Shown: positions 28,899 through 38,512 of the stretch, piece by piece
Layout: the number at the start of each line of letters is the position of its first letter
Numbering within the stretch: position 1 is the first letter of the stretch
DNA from: an uncultured Eubacteriales bacterium
GTDB lineage: Bacteria; Bacillota; Clostridia; Oscillospirales; QAMX01
Length of the DNA stretch: 64,000 nucleotides
Assembly: GCA_959600635.1 (NCBI GenBank)
Contig: CAUGMN010000001.1
Span: forward strand, 17,854 to 81,853
Reading direction: 5' to 3'
Notes under the pieces: model-generated
The model's database searches: none
Told to the model about the DNA's origin: nothing
Seen by the model: only the letters and a program-made list of their open reading frames with translations
Made by a program: the position numbers and the translations under genes

Positions 28899-29999
28899 TT
28901 ATTCTTCAAAATCCTCGACCAGCACCGGCGACGGAGTCTCCGCGGCTGCGGCGGCCGCGGCGGGCTTATCTTTTCCTTTTGCCGCTTTGTCCTTTCCGGC
29001 GCGCGGCAGGCCGTTGTCGGCGATCTGCCTGCGGATTTCCGCTTCCAGGGCGTTGGCGATCTCGGGGTTGTTTTTTAGGTAGATTTTGGCGTTGTCCTTG
29101 CCCTGACCGAGCCGCGTCTCGCCCATGTTGAACCACGAGCCGCTCTTCTGTACGAGATCGAGCTTGACGCCGATGTCGATGAGCTCGCCCTCGCGCGAGA
29201 TGCCCTGACCGAACATGAGGTCAAACTCGGCCTCGCGGAACGGCGGAGCCACCTTGTTCTTGGCGACCTTGACGCGCACATGGTTGCCGACGACCTCGGA
29301 GCCGACTTTCAGGCTTTCGACTCTTCTGACGTCTAAGCGCACCGAGGAGTAAAATTTCAGGGCGCGGCCGCCTGTCGTCACCTCGGGGTTGCCGTAGGTG
29401 ACGCCGATTTTTTCGCGGAGCTGGTTGATAAAAATCGCGGCGGTGTTGGAGCGGGAGATCGGCCCGGCCAGCTTGCGCATCGCCTGCGACATCTGGCGCG
29501 CCAGCACGCCGACGTAGGCGTCGCCCATGTTGCCGTCGATCTCGCTCTTCGGCGTGAGCGCCGCGACGGAGTCGACGACGATGACGTCAAGGGCGCCGCT
29601 GTTGATCAGCGCTTCGGTGATTTGAAGCGCGTGCTCGCCGCAGTCGGGCTGAGAGACGAGCAGGCTGTCGATGTCCACGCCAAGCGCGCGGGCGTATTCG
29701 GGGTCGAGCGCATGCTCCGCGTCGATAAACGCGGCCTCGCCGCCGCGCTTCTGCGCCTCGGCGATGATGTGCAGGGCGACCGTCGTCTTGCCCGAGGATT
29801 CCGGGCCGTAGATCTCAATAATGCGGCCGCGCGGCACGCCGCCGATGCCGAGCGCGAGGTCGAGGGAAAGCGAGCCGGTCGGGATACAGTCCACGTTCAT
29901 GACCGAATTGTCGCCGAGGCGCATGACGCTCCCCTTGCCGTAGGTTTTTTCGATTTGGGCGAGCGCCGTTTCAAGCGCCTTCTTTTTCTCCGTGTCCAT
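28899..29999 (-). CDS. recA: Recombinase RecA
   Basis: [23 protein letters not shown]...[14 protein letters not shown]...FIDAEHALD. The start is set at MDTEKKK (ATG at 29999), 6 nt after GGAGGACAGAG. The track start at 30032 lies inside the promoter repeat. Confidence 0.97.
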   Translation of the reverse strand: MDTEKKKALETALAQIEKTYGKGSVMRLGDNSVMNVDCIPTGSLSLDLALGIGGVPRGRIIEIYGPESSGKTTVALHIIAEAQKRGGEAAFIDAEHALDPEYARALGVDIDSLLVSQPDCGEHALQITEALINSGALDVIVVDSVAALTPKSEIDGNMGDAYVGVLARQMSQAMRKLAGPISRSNTAAIFINQLREKIGVTYGNPEVTTGGRALKFYSSVRLDVRRVESLKVGSEVVGNHVRVKVAKNKVAPPFREAEFDLMFGQGISREGELIDIGVKLDLVQKSGSWFNMGETRLGQGKDNAKIYLKNNPEIANALEAEIRRQIADNGLPRAGKDKAAKGKDKPAAAAAAAETPSPVLVEDFEE

Positions 30000-30030
30000 C
30001 TCTGTCCTCCAAAGCTCATCAGCATTCAGC

Positions 30031-30104
30031 ATATTATCTTCTATATTTTACTATATTTCGTCTGAAAAATCAACAGCGCCGTTGCAAAAAAAGTGCTGTG
30101 CGCA
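30031..30104. repeat. Copy A of a 74-bp direct repeat carrying a minus-strand promoter (upstream of recA)
   Basis: 67 of 74 positions are identical to 32091-32164. On the minus strand it reads TTGATT, 17-nt spacer, TAAAAT, with a tandem AAATATAG motif around the -10. Confidence 0.85.
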
Positions 30105-30171
30105 AAGGGCGGGAGCAAAGGGACAGAAGGGAAAGAGGCGGACGGCTCTGAGGCGCATACGCAACGCTTCA

Positions 30172-30212
30172 CCCAAAAGCGGGTCAGGCGCCAATTGAGG
30201 GCCTGACCCGCT
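30172..30212 (-). terminator. Rho-independent terminator after the SLH/S1-protease gene
   Basis: On the minus strand: AGCGGGTCAGGC...GCCTGACCCGCT followed by TTTTGGG. Confidence 0.7.
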
Positions 30213-30254
30213 TCCGGACAGTATGGGTGTAAATGGATACCGTTTGATACGGCT

Positions 30255-32039
30255 TTACCAAGAAGAATTCGGAAATCCGAAATCCGTGATGCTGTACAGC
30301 CCAGACAAATGGGAGGAGAAAATATACTCGGTAAAATTGAGTATCTCCCCTTGCATGAACGCCGCGTAGGATTGGTACGTAGAAAGATTGTAGGTATTCC
30401 CCTCGCATTGATCAAAGATAAAGGAGTCTGCTTGGAAAAGCGGCGCGTAGATGTAACCGGTTCCCTCAAAATCGGCGTACGATGAGGTGTTTTCGGCGGC
30501 ATAATAGAAGAACATGGATAAGAAATTCTGACCGGTATGCGTCAACTCCGTATACAAGGACATACGCATACCGTTCAGGGTACAGTAATAGGTGAGCGTG
30601 ATTGAGTCAAACTGCTCACTGTAATAGACTGTGTATTGATCGGTACCCGATGAATAGGTATATGTTTCCTGATAGGCCTTGTCGTCGATACTCAGCGTGT
30701 TGTAATTTTGGAGAATCCAGGCTTTCAACGCGTCGAAAGCGGCTTGCTGTCTTTGAACCGGCGTACTCGGCGGATTTAGGACGGAGAGCGCCGTCAGGGA
30801 AGAACGGTCAAAGCCGTTGATAACGGAAACCGGCAATGCCAAATTGAGGTTTTGGCCGTCGACATAGGAAGCCGACGTAATGCCGATCACCTCGCCGTAT
30901 TTGTTAATCAGCGCGCCGCCGCTGCTTCCGTGGGAGATCGCCGCGCTCGTTTGAATATAGGCGACGCCGTCTTCTGTTCGAGACGGATTGGAGATCAAAC
31001 CTTGTGAAATGGTATTTTGCAGTCCCAAAGGGCTACCGATCGCATAGACGGTAGCGCCGCCGACGATCGAGGCCTGGTTTCCAAAATTCAAATAGGCGAA
31101 TCCGGAACCTTCGACCTTGATGACGGCCCAGTCCTCGCTTTCGCTATAATCATACACGCCGAGGATCTTGTAGGCGTTTCCGCTGACCGAGCCGATCGCT
31201 TTTGCCGAGACGGCGTTGTCAATGACATGATAATTCGTCACCGCGGTTCCATTGCTGTCAATAAAAAAACCGCTGCCGGAGCCTGTGACGACGCCCTGGG
31301 CGTCGTAGGTTTCAATATAAAAGACGGCGCGAGAGCACTGTGCGTAGATTTGTTCGGCGGTGAGCTCGGGTTTGACTGCGCAGTGCTTGTCGATTGCCGC
31401 AGCATCATAACAGGCATCGTAAACGCTTTGGGCGAAAACTCCGGCCGCAATCAGCTTTTGCGCTAAGGTCTGCGCGGAGCCTTTCAGACAGACCGGAAGC
31501 GCGGCATAGGAGATCACCACGACATCGGCCCGCCAAAAGTCCTCCGTGTCGACGCAGGCCGGCAGAATGCCGACGCGTCGGGCTAAATCAAATGGGCGAT
31601 TCCAGACAAAATCAGCGCCGTTCGCGTCCGAATAGCCTAAGGCGCGGAGCACGAAGGTCAAATACATCTCTGCTGTTGCTTCGTCTGTGCCGAATGCTGT
31701 GTCGGAGACGCCATTCGTCAAACCTTTTTGATAGGCGTAGCCGACGTACGGAGCTGCCCACGCTGCGACGTCGGTAAAGGGATGCGTATAGGTACCGTTC
31801 AAGGCTTCGGCTTCTTTTCCCAAGACACGGATGAGCATGACGATTGCTTCCGCGCGCGAAGGCTTTCTGTTCAGATCAAAATCTGTGTCTGAAATTCCTT
31901 GGAACAAGCCGAGCTGCTTTAAGCCCGCGGCCAGCGTTCTTTCAAACGAGGTATCGCGTTGGTTTGCCGCCAGTACGGAGGTCGGAATCGCTGTGATGCA
32001 AATCACGATGCACAAAAAAATGGATATGACTCTTTTCAT
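30255..32039 (-). CDS. Secreted SLH-domain protein with a trypsin-like (S1C/Trypsin_2) serine protease domain and a C-terminal domain of unknown function
   Basis: Signal peptide MKRVISIFLCIVICITAIPTSVLA. SLH repeats (ISDTDFDLNRKPSRAEAIVMLIRVLG; FTDVAAWAAPYVGYAYQKGLTNGVSDTAFG). Protease core GSGFFIDSNGTAVTNYHVI...DWAVIKV...GSSGGALINKYGEVIGITSA. Visibly lower GC than recA. Confidence 0.8.
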   Translation of the reverse strand: MKRVISIFLCIVICITAIPTSVLAANQRDTSFERTLAAGLKQLGLFQGISDTDFDLNRKPSRAEAIVMLIRVLGKEAEALNGTYTHPFTDVAAWAAPYVGYAYQKGLTNGVSDTAFGTDEATAEMYLTFVLRALGYSDANGADFVWNRPFDLARRVGILPACVDTEDFWRADVVVISYAALPVCLKGSAQTLAQKLIAAGVFAQSVYDACYDAAAIDKHCAVKPELTAEQIYAQCSRAVFYIETYDAQGVVTGSGSGFFIDSNGTAVTNYHVIDNAVSAKAIGSVSGNAYKILGVYDYSESEDWAVIKVEGSGFAYLNFGNQASIVGGATVYAIGSPLGLQNTISQGLISNPSRTEDGVAYIQTSAAISHGSSGGALINKYGEVIGITSASYVDGQNLNLALPVSVINGFDRSSLTALSVLNPPSTPVQRQQAAFDALKAWILQNYNTLSIDDKAYQETYTYSSGTDQYTVYYSEQFDSITLTYYCTLNGMRMSLYTELTHTGQNFLSMFFYYAAENTSSYADFEGTGYIYAPLFQADSFIFDQCEGNTYNLSTYQSYAAFMQGEILNFTEYIFSSHLSGLYSITDFGFPNSSW

Positions 32040-32090
32040 GTCTGCTCCCCCTTGTTTTTTTTCTGAAACACGGTCATTCGCAAAATGTTT

Positions 32091-32164
32091 ATATTATCTT
32101 CTGTATTTTACTATATTCTGTCTGAAAAATCAACAGCGCCGCTGCAAAAAAAGAAGTGTGCGCA
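32091..32164. repeat. Copy B of the 74-bp promoter-bearing direct repeat (upstream of the protease gene)
   Basis: See copy A. Same orientation, 2060 bp away. Confidence 0.85.
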
Positions 32165-32256
32165 TACAAATGAAAAACAAAACATTTGTATCTGCCGCTG
32201 TGGGAGAAATGAGGCGAAACAGGCAAAAATCATCCGCAGGGCGTATGCGGCGAGGC

Positions 32257-33669
32257 TCAGAACGGCGCCGGTTCGCCCGACGGTATGGGCGGCGCGGCCG
32301 GGGCGGGCGATTCCAGCTTCCTGACGCTTTTGCGGAACTGCGCGAAGAACAGCGCCGAGGTCACGGCCACGGCGATGAAATCGGCGACCGGCTCGGCGAG
32401 CAGGACGGCGGTCGTCTTGTCTTCAAACAACAGAGGACAGATATAGATCAGCGGAATGAGCAGAATGATCTTGCGCAGCACGGCGAGAAACAGCGAGCTT
32501 TTGGCGTTGCCGATGGCGATAAAGGTCTGCTGGCAGGCGAGCTGAACGCCGAACAGCAGCGAGACCGCCATATAGATGCGGAGCGCGGGGACGGTAAAGG
32601 CGACGAGAGAGGCGTCGTTATTAAAGATCATCACAAACGCCTTCGGCGCGAGCTGAACCGCGAGCCACAGCGCCGACGAATAGGCGACGCAGGCGAACAG
32701 CAGCAGCCGAAAGGCCCGTTTGACGCGCTCGGCGTTCCGCGCCCCGTAGTTATAGCTGATGATCGGCTGCGCGCCCTGCGTCAGCCCGACGAGCGGGAGC
32801 ATGGAAAACTGCATCACGCTCGACAGAATCGTCATCGCGCCGACGGCCGTGTCGCCGCCGTATTGATAGAGCGAGGCGTTGAAGCAGACGGCGATGACGC
32901 TCTCGGTCGCCTGCATGATAAACGGCGAGAGGCCGAGCGCGAGGCAGGGGAGAAAAATTTTCGGCGAGAGGCGCAGACAAGCCGGACGCAGCCGCAGCGC
33001 CGTCTTTTTGCCGGTCAGGAACACAACGACCCAGACCGCCGAGACCGCCTGCGACAGAATCGTCGCCAGCGCCGCGCCGCGCACGCCCATATCAAACGTA
33101 AAGATAAAGATCGGGTCGAGCACGATGTTGCACAGCGCGCCGATCAAAACGGTGAGCATACTGGTTTTCGCAAAGCCCTGCGCGGAGATAAAGGCGTTGA
33201 GGCCGAGGGCGAGCTGCACAAAAAGCGTCCCGGCCGCGTAGACGCGCATATAAGGCAGGGCGTATTGGATGGTATTCGAACTCGCGCCGAACGCCAGCAG
33301 CAGCGGCTCGGCAAAGATCAGAAACACGACGGTGAGCGCGGCGGCCACGCAGACGAGCAGAACCGCGCAGTTGCCGAGCGTTTTTTCGGCGCGGGCTTTG
33401 TCGCCCTTGCCGAGAAAAATCGAGGCGCGCGGCGCCCCGCCCATGCTGACAAAGGCCGCGAACGCGGAGATGAGCATGATCAGCGGCAGGCAGACGCCGA
33501 CGCCGGTCAGCGCGTCCTTGCCGATGACCTCGATATGGCCGATGTACATGCGGTCGACAATGTTATAGAGCAGGTTGATGATCTGCGCGGTGATCGCCGG
33601 CACGGACAGCCGGAAGAGCAGCTTTCCGACGCGCTCGGCGCCAAGCGAATCTGTTTGATTGCGTTCCAT
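32257..33669 (-). CDS. MATE family efflux transporter
   Basis: GKLLFRLSVPAITAQIINLLYNIVDRMYIGHI is a classic MATE N-terminus, with 12 TM segments. The start is ambiguous (ATG at 33669 or 33693). The track start at 33753 is unlikely. Confidence 0.85.
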   Translation of the reverse strand: MERNQTDSLGAERVGKLLFRLSVPAITAQIINLLYNIVDRMYIGHIEVIGKDALTGVGVCLPLIMLISAFAAFVSMGGAPRASIFLGKGDKARAEKTLGNCAVLLVCVAAALTVVFLIFAEPLLLAFGASSNTIQYALPYMRVYAAGTLFVQLALGLNAFISAQGFAKTSMLTVLIGALCNIVLDPIFIFTFDMGVRGAALATILSQAVSAVWVVVFLTGKKTALRLRPACLRLSPKIFLPCLALGLSPFIMQATESVIAVCFNASLYQYGGDTAVGAMTILSSVMQFSMLPLVGLTQGAQPIISYNYGARNAERVKRAFRLLLFACVAYSSALWLAVQLAPKAFVMIFNNDASLVAFTVPALRIYMAVSLLFGVQLACQQTFIAIGNAKSSLFLAVLRKIILLIPLIYICPLLFEDKTTAVLLAEPVADFIAVAVTSALFFAQFRKSVRKLESPAPAAPPIPSGEPAPF

Positions 33670-33730
33670 ACGATAAAAACCCCGTTTCTCCATGAGCTGC
33701 GCGGCAGGCGCAAAAAACTGCGCCGGCCGG

Positions 33731-33775
33731 TTGACAACCGGTTCAGCTGTCATTATAATAGTTTACGATGAAACT
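33731..33775 (+). promoter_or_regulatory. Consensus promoter for marR plus an adjacent palindrome (candidate MarR operator)
   Basis: TTGACA (33731-33736), 17-nt spacer, TATAAT (33754-33759). It is followed directly by AGTTT-ACGATG-AAACT (33760-33775) in the divergent MATE/marR intergenic region. Confidence 0.5.
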
Positions 33776-33807
33776 GTTTATTTGTCAACTGCTTGGAGGC
33801 GGAAAAT

Positions 33808-34269
33808 ATGACGGGATTTGAGGAAGGGTTTGATTTCAACGGCTTTCTGCGGCGGCAGAAGCAGATCACGGGTCTTTACGAGGCCATGTCTGCGGCGGCG
33901 GCTGCGGAATGCGGCATCGGCAAGCCGGAGGCCGACGTGCTGCTGTTTCTGGCCAACAACCCGGGCTATGACACCGCGGCGGACGCGGCCGCCTACCGCG
34001 GCTTTTCAAAGGCGTATGTGAGCAAGGCGGTCGAACGGCTGACGGCCGCCGGACTGGTGACCGCCGCGACGGATCCAAACGACCGGCGCTTCCAGCGCCT
34101 GAAAGTCACGGAAGCGGCGGCGGCGAAGCTGAAAATTCTCCACGGCATGCAGGCGCGCTATCTGCATAAGCTGTGCGAGGGGATTCCGGCGCAGGCGATG
34201 GAGCAGTATCTCTCCGTAATGAAGCGCTTCGCCGAAAACGCGGAGCGGGCCGCGGGCGGAATCGGGTAA
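33808..34269 (+). CDS. MarR family transcriptional regulator
   Basis: GKPEADVLLFLANNPGYDTAADAAAYRGFSKAYVSKAVERLTAAGLVTAATDPNDRRFQRLKVT is a winged-helix MarR core. The ATG at 33808 is 8 nt after GGAGG. Confidence 0.85.
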   Translation: MTGFEEGFDFNGFLRRQKQITGLYEAMSAAAAAECGIGKPEADVLLFLANNPGYDTAADAAAYRGFSKAYVSKAVERLTAAGLVTAATDPNDRRFQRLKVTEAAAAKLKILHGMQARYLHKLCEGIPAQAMEQYLSVMKRFAENAERAAGGIG

Positions 34270-34578
34270 GCGGAGCGGGCCGCGGCCTTTGACGGCTTTC
34301 GGCAAATTTTTACCGCCGGAAACGGCGGAGATCCCCGCAGCGGCGCCCGCATGCCTTTTCAGTCTGCGGGGTCACGATTATGCTCTCCAAAATACAGATA
34401 AGGCGCTTTTGGCCCTGCTGGAACCCCTTTTTTGCGCATCCGGTTTTTTGATACCCGACCGCAGGCTTTCGACAGAAAGGGGCTCTCTCTGAAAGGGAGG
34501 CCGTGCGCAGCAGGAACACAGGGAAACCGAGGCACATAAACTGTACAGGGGAACCACCCCAAAAGGAGATCATAATCA

Positions 34579-35961
34579 ATGGGTATAACTAATTCCAATA
34601 AAGTAATCAACGCAGACCGGATCGACTGCGACGGCTCGCTGAAAGTCACGCTGGCCCTGACGGCCGCTCCGGATATTATTACCAACCCCACCGACATCGC
34701 CCTGGTGCTCGACCGCTCGGGCAGTATGACCGGTACGCCGCTGGCCAATATGAAGACCGGCGCCAAGACTTTTATCGACATCATTTCCGAGGCCACCGGC
34801 GGCCAGCCTTCCGGGGAGATCGGCTCGGGCAGCCATATCGGCATCGTCAGCTTTTCCAACACCGCTGTTCAGGACACACAGCTGATCACCTCGGTCGACA
34901 CGCTGAAAAATGCCGTGGACGCCCTGGTGGCAGGCGGCAGCACGAATCACGCCGACGCTTTCACCAAGGCCATAGAATTATTCGACCCAAGCTCTGGCAA
35001 CGCGAAGGTCATCGTCATGTTTACCGACGGCAACACGACCGCCGGCGCCCCGCCCGCCCCTGTGGCGGCCGCCGCCCGGGCTCAGGGCATCATCATCTAC
35101 TGCATCGGCCTGGTCGGGTCTGACGGGGTAGACGTGAATACGCTGAACGACTGGGCCACCGACCCCGACGCCTCCCATGTGGCGATTACCCCGGATGCCG
35201 CGGAGCTGGAACAGCTCTTTGCAGAGCTGGCCGCCAACATCTCCAAGACCGGCGCCACCGATATTGTAATCAATGAGGTCGTCAATTCCGACTTTGTGAT
35301 TACGAGCATTCTGAACCCGGCTGTGGGGACGGCCACCATGCTCAACGCCACTTCCCTGCGGTGGGAGATTGAGGAGCTGGGCGTCTCCGCGTCGGAGAGC
35401 GCCACGCTGGAATTCTTCATCCGCCATGTGGGCCAGAACCCCGGCACAAAGCTGGTCAACGCCTCCATCGATTATTCCGATAACGAGGGCAACCTGGTGA
35501 CCTTCCCGGATCCCACGGTAGCCGTAGAGTGCGACGTGGTCGTCAACCCGGAGGAATGCCCTGTTCCTGTGGACCTGACGATAGAGGGATGCTCTGACTC
35601 CGTAGTGATAGACGCCGGAGACACGTATTTAGAGTCTCTGGGCAGAATCATCCAGATGGATGTGACGGTGAAAAATGTCTGCCCCGGAAAGCGGGTTGCG
35701 CTGGCCGTCATTCTCACAGAGGTGGATGAGAACGGAATGGAGTATCAGCGCGGGATGAAAGCGATGACCATTCCGGCTCACAGCTTCCCGGTCTGCCGGG
35801 ATGTGCTGGTCAAGTGCATCAAGTTCGTGGTGCCGGAGGATCTGGACGTATCCGGCGCTTCCACGCAGATGATGTGCAACGCCAGGAACTTCAAGGTTCG
35901 CTTTATCGCTCACCATATCGATACGGACTTCCGCTGCTGCGAATCCGTCATTACCTTGTAA
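34579..35961 (+). CDS. von Willebrand factor type A (vWA) domain protein with an Ig-like middle region and a Cys-rich C-terminus; no signal peptide
   Basis: MIDAS motif DRSGSMTG, ...GGSTNHADAF..., VIVMFTDGNTT. About 10 Cys occur in the last 140 aa or so (ECDVVVNPEECPVP..GCSD..NVCPG..PVCRDVLVKCIKF..MMCN..FRCCESVITL). AAAAGGAG RBS. Confidence 0.8.
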   Translation: MGITNSNKVINADRIDCDGSLKVTLALTAAPDIITNPTDIALVLDRSGSMTGTPLANMKTGAKTFIDIISEATGGQPSGEIGSGSHIGIVSFSNTAVQDTQLITSVDTLKNAVDALVAGGSTNHADAFTKAIELFDPSSGNAKVIVMFTDGNTTAGAPPAPVAAAARAQGIIIYCIGLVGSDGVDVNTLNDWATDPDASHVAITPDAAELEQLFAELAANISKTGATDIVINEVVNSDFVITSILNPAVGTATMLNATSLRWEIEELGVSASESATLEFFIRHVGQNPGTKLVNASIDYSDNEGNLVTFPDPTVAVECDVVVNPEECPVPVDLTIEGCSDSVVIDAGDTYLESLGRIIQMDVTVKNVCPGKRVALAVILTEVDENGMEYQRGMKAMTIPAHSFPVCRDVLVKCIKFVVPEDLDVSGASTQMMCNARNFKVRFIAHHIDTDFRCCESVITL

Positions 35962-36249
35962 TCAAGACAGCAGACCACCGCCGTCCGGCGGTGGTACATA
36001 GAAGACGAGGCAGAGAGGCGCTGAAACGGCGACGGCTGCCTTGTTGTGCTGTGATAGGGCTTTTTCCGCGCGGCGTTGGGAGCGGAGAGGCAGGCGCGCC
36101 CGGCCGCGCTTGAAGCAGAGGGGCGCGGGCCGCGCTTTGATTGCGGAAAAAGAGGCGGAAAGAACGCCTCTTTCCGCCTGCCGGATCATTTGAAAAGACG
36201 AAAAACCTCAATTTCCCCTGCCGTAAATTTCCTCGATGCCAATCGATCG

Positions 36250-37683
36250 TTACATTGGTTGAGACGTGTCAAGCGCAGCAATTTCAGCGTGAATCTGCCG
36301 GCGCCTGTTCAGCACTCTCTTCATAAATATGGAATGGATCACAATCGACACAGCCGGACCCAAAAAATCTGAAATGGGTTCAGCATAAAACACAGCCTTT
36401 GCGCCAAAGACGGCTGGAAGGATAAATAATGCGGCAAAATATACGAATTTCCGCCAAAAGGACAACGGCAATGAAAATTGCACCTGACTGATCGCCGTAA
36501 AGCCGTCGACTATTTCATATTGAATCCCCAGCGGCAGCAGCGACAGCGTGCAGACGCGCAGCGCCCACAGCGCATTGCCCGCAACCTCCGGATCACTGGT
36601 AAATAATCGCACAAACCAGGCTCCGCCAAACCATGCGACGGCGGTCATAAAGCCGTTATAGGCCAGACATAAAAGAAAAATTTTTTTCTGCGCTTGTTCC
36701 ACTCTGGAAATTTTGCCTGCGCCGTAGTTATAGCTGAGAATGGTCTGTGTGCCGCCGCTGATTCCCCCGAGCGGCATGGTGACAACCAGCATAAAGCTTT
36801 GGGCGATGGTCGCACAGGTAACAAGCATATCGCCTTGTCCGACGCCTCCGTACTTTTGCAGGATTGCGTTCATGGCGATAATCATTACATTATCGACCGC
36901 AATGATGGCAAACGGAGTAAATCCGATACTAAAAATACGGTACATAATGCGCAGGCTGTAACCGCTGAAAGAAATGGAAACCGTCGGCTTTTTGCTGAAT
37001 AAAAAACCGATGACCAGACAGCAGCTGACAATTTGTGAAAAAACGGTGGCAATGGCGGCGCCTGCCACGCCCATGTTCAACACAAAGATAAAAATAGGAT
37101 CCAGTACAATATTGATGACCGCTCCGACCACAACGGTAAACATGGCGACGCTGGCGTATCCCTGACAGATGATAAACTGGTTCATCCCAACAGCAAGCAG
37201 CGAGAACAGCGTGCCGAAGAGATAAATCGAAAAATACTGGTTGGCAAAGGGCATAATGGTGTCGCTTGCTCCAAAAAACAAAAGCATGGGCTCTCTGATT
37301 GGATATAGCACAGCCGTAATCACAATGGAAAGGACCGTCAGCATTAGAAAGCTGTTGGCCATGATCCTTTTTGCTTTTTCGATATTTCGCTCTCCCATGC
37401 TGATACTCATCAGCGGGGCTCCTCCGATGCCGACCAACGACGCCACCGAACCGATTAAAGTGACGATAGGACCGCATACGCCGAGACCCGCAAGCGCAAG
37501 ATCGCCCGTATTGGGAATATTTCCTATATACATCCGGTCGACGATACTATATAAAACGTTCACAAACTGAGCGAGCATGCTCGGCAATGCAATTCTCAAT
37601 ATAAGCCGTCCGATCGGATCTTCTCCTAAATTATTTTCGCGATGCACAGGCGTTTCACTTCCGTAAACAAGATTAAAAATCAA
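36250..37683 (-). CDS. MATE family efflux transporter (second, lower-GC paralogue)
   Basis: GRLILRIALPSMLAQFVNVLYSIVDRMYIGNI, 12 TM segments. The start is uncertain (TTG at 37683 in the track; GTG at 37647 is also possible). Confidence 0.85.
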   Translation of the reverse strand: MIFNLVYGSETPVHRENNLGEDPIGRLILRIALPSMLAQFVNVLYSIVDRMYIGNIPNTGDLALAGLGVCGPIVTLIGSVASLVGIGGAPLMSISMGERNIEKAKRIMANSFLMLTVLSIVITAVLYPIREPMLLFFGASDTIMPFANQYFSIYLFGTLFSLLAVGMNQFIICQGYASVAMFTVVVGAVINIVLDPIFIFVLNMGVAGAAIATVFSQIVSCCLVIGFLFSKKPTVSISFSGYSLRIMYRIFSIGFTPFAIIAVDNVMIIAMNAILQKYGGVGQGDMLVTCATIAQSFMLVVTMPLGGISGGTQTILSYNYGAGKISRVEQAQKKIFLLCLAYNGFMTAVAWFGGAWFVRLFTSDPEVAGNALWALRVCTLSLLPLGIQYEIVDGFTAISQVQFSLPLSFWRKFVYFAALFILPAVFGAKAVFYAEPISDFLGPAVSIVIHSIFMKRVLNRRRQIHAEIAALDTSQPM

Positions 37684-37982
37684 ACAAGATTAAAAATCAT
37701 CAACAGAAAAAGCCGCACAGCAATACGGCTTTTTCTGTCGGAACCGGTCAATCAGCAAGCTGTATCATCCAAACAGTCTACCCAACGCTTTTACCCGCCT
37801 GCGGGCAGACAGATGCCGTTCAAAGCGCTCCCTTTTTTCTGCAACCCAAAAAAGATACCCGAAAAATAAAGCGCCCTGAACCGCAAAAGGCTGGCAGCGC
37901 AGCGGAGGCGTTGTGAGAGCGCTGACGCAGGCGCGATCTTTTGCAGAAGGGAGCGGCAGCCCGTACGGCGAAGCCGTGATTT

Positions 37983-38017
37983 TCAAAAATCGCGGCGAAC
38001 CCTAAGGGCTCGCCGCG
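37983..38017 (-). terminator. Terminator after tRNA-Leu
   Basis: On the minus strand: CGCGGCGAGCCC-TTA-GGGTTCGCCGCG followed by ATTTTTGAAAA. Confidence 0.65.
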
Positions 38018-38020
38018 ACA

Positions 38021-38105
38021 TGGTGCCGCTGGCCGGACTCGAACCGGCATGGTTTGCACCCACGGATTTTAAGTCCGCTACGTCTACCGATTTCGTCACA
38101 GCGGC
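38021..38105 (-). tRNA. tRNA-Leu (anticodon UAA), CCA encoded
   Basis: The reverse complement reads GCCGCTGTGACGAAATCGGTAGACGTAGCGGACTTAAAATCCGTGGGTGCAAACCATGCCGGTTCGAGTCCGGCCAGCGGCACCA. Acceptor GCCGCTG/CAGCGGC, anticodon loop CTTAAAA, long variable arm, T-arm GCCGG-TTCGAGT-CCGGC. Confidence 0.9.
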
Positions 38106-38312
38106 GAAACATGAAAAAACGGAATCCGCGAGCGCGCCGAGAAGCGCGGCCCGGCGGACAACGCCGGCAACGCCTGTTGTCAAGCGGCGGCGAACTCCCA
38201 TTTTTTTGTTTCATTTTATCTCTAAGTCCCGGCGGTGTCAATAGCGGCGGCCGCACAGAGCGTCAGGGAAGAGGGTGTGGTTTTTTTCAGAGATTTTTTG
38301 TGAGCAGGGGGG

Positions 38313-38341
38313 TTGACAAAACGGTTCAACGGGTGTATAAT
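38313..38341 (+). promoter_or_regulatory. Consensus promoter for tRNA-fMet
   Basis: TTGACA (38313-38318), 17-nt spacer, TATAAT (38336-38341), about 35 nt before the tRNA 5' end. Confidence 0.65.
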
Positions 38342-38375
38342 AATCAAGCGTCATAAAATAACGCGAAAGTGATAT

Positions 38376-38453
<78 letters not shown>

Positions 38454-38481
38454 TATTGTGCAATCAAAAAATGTTGCACGG

Positions 38482-38512
38482 AAAACCCGAGATTTTCTCG
38501 GGTTTTCTTCAT
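38482..38512 (+). terminator. Terminator after tRNA-fMet
   Basis: AAAACCCGAGA-TTT-TCTCGGGTTTT followed by CTTCATTTTT. Confidence 0.7.

Noticed and set aside
30031-30110. A LexA/SOS (Cheo-type CGAAC-N4-GTTCG) box in the recA promoter repeat.
   Set aside because: I could not find a GAAC-N4-GTTC dyad. Only a CGAAAT half-site-like fragment and a tandem AAATATAG motif are present. No SOS box is claimed.
34500-34578. A mother-cell sigma (SigE/SigK-like) promoter upstream of the vWA gene, based on CATAAACT.
   Set aside because: This is a single partial -10-like match without a convincing -35. It is mentioned only as a hint in the vWA finding and is not reported as a feature.
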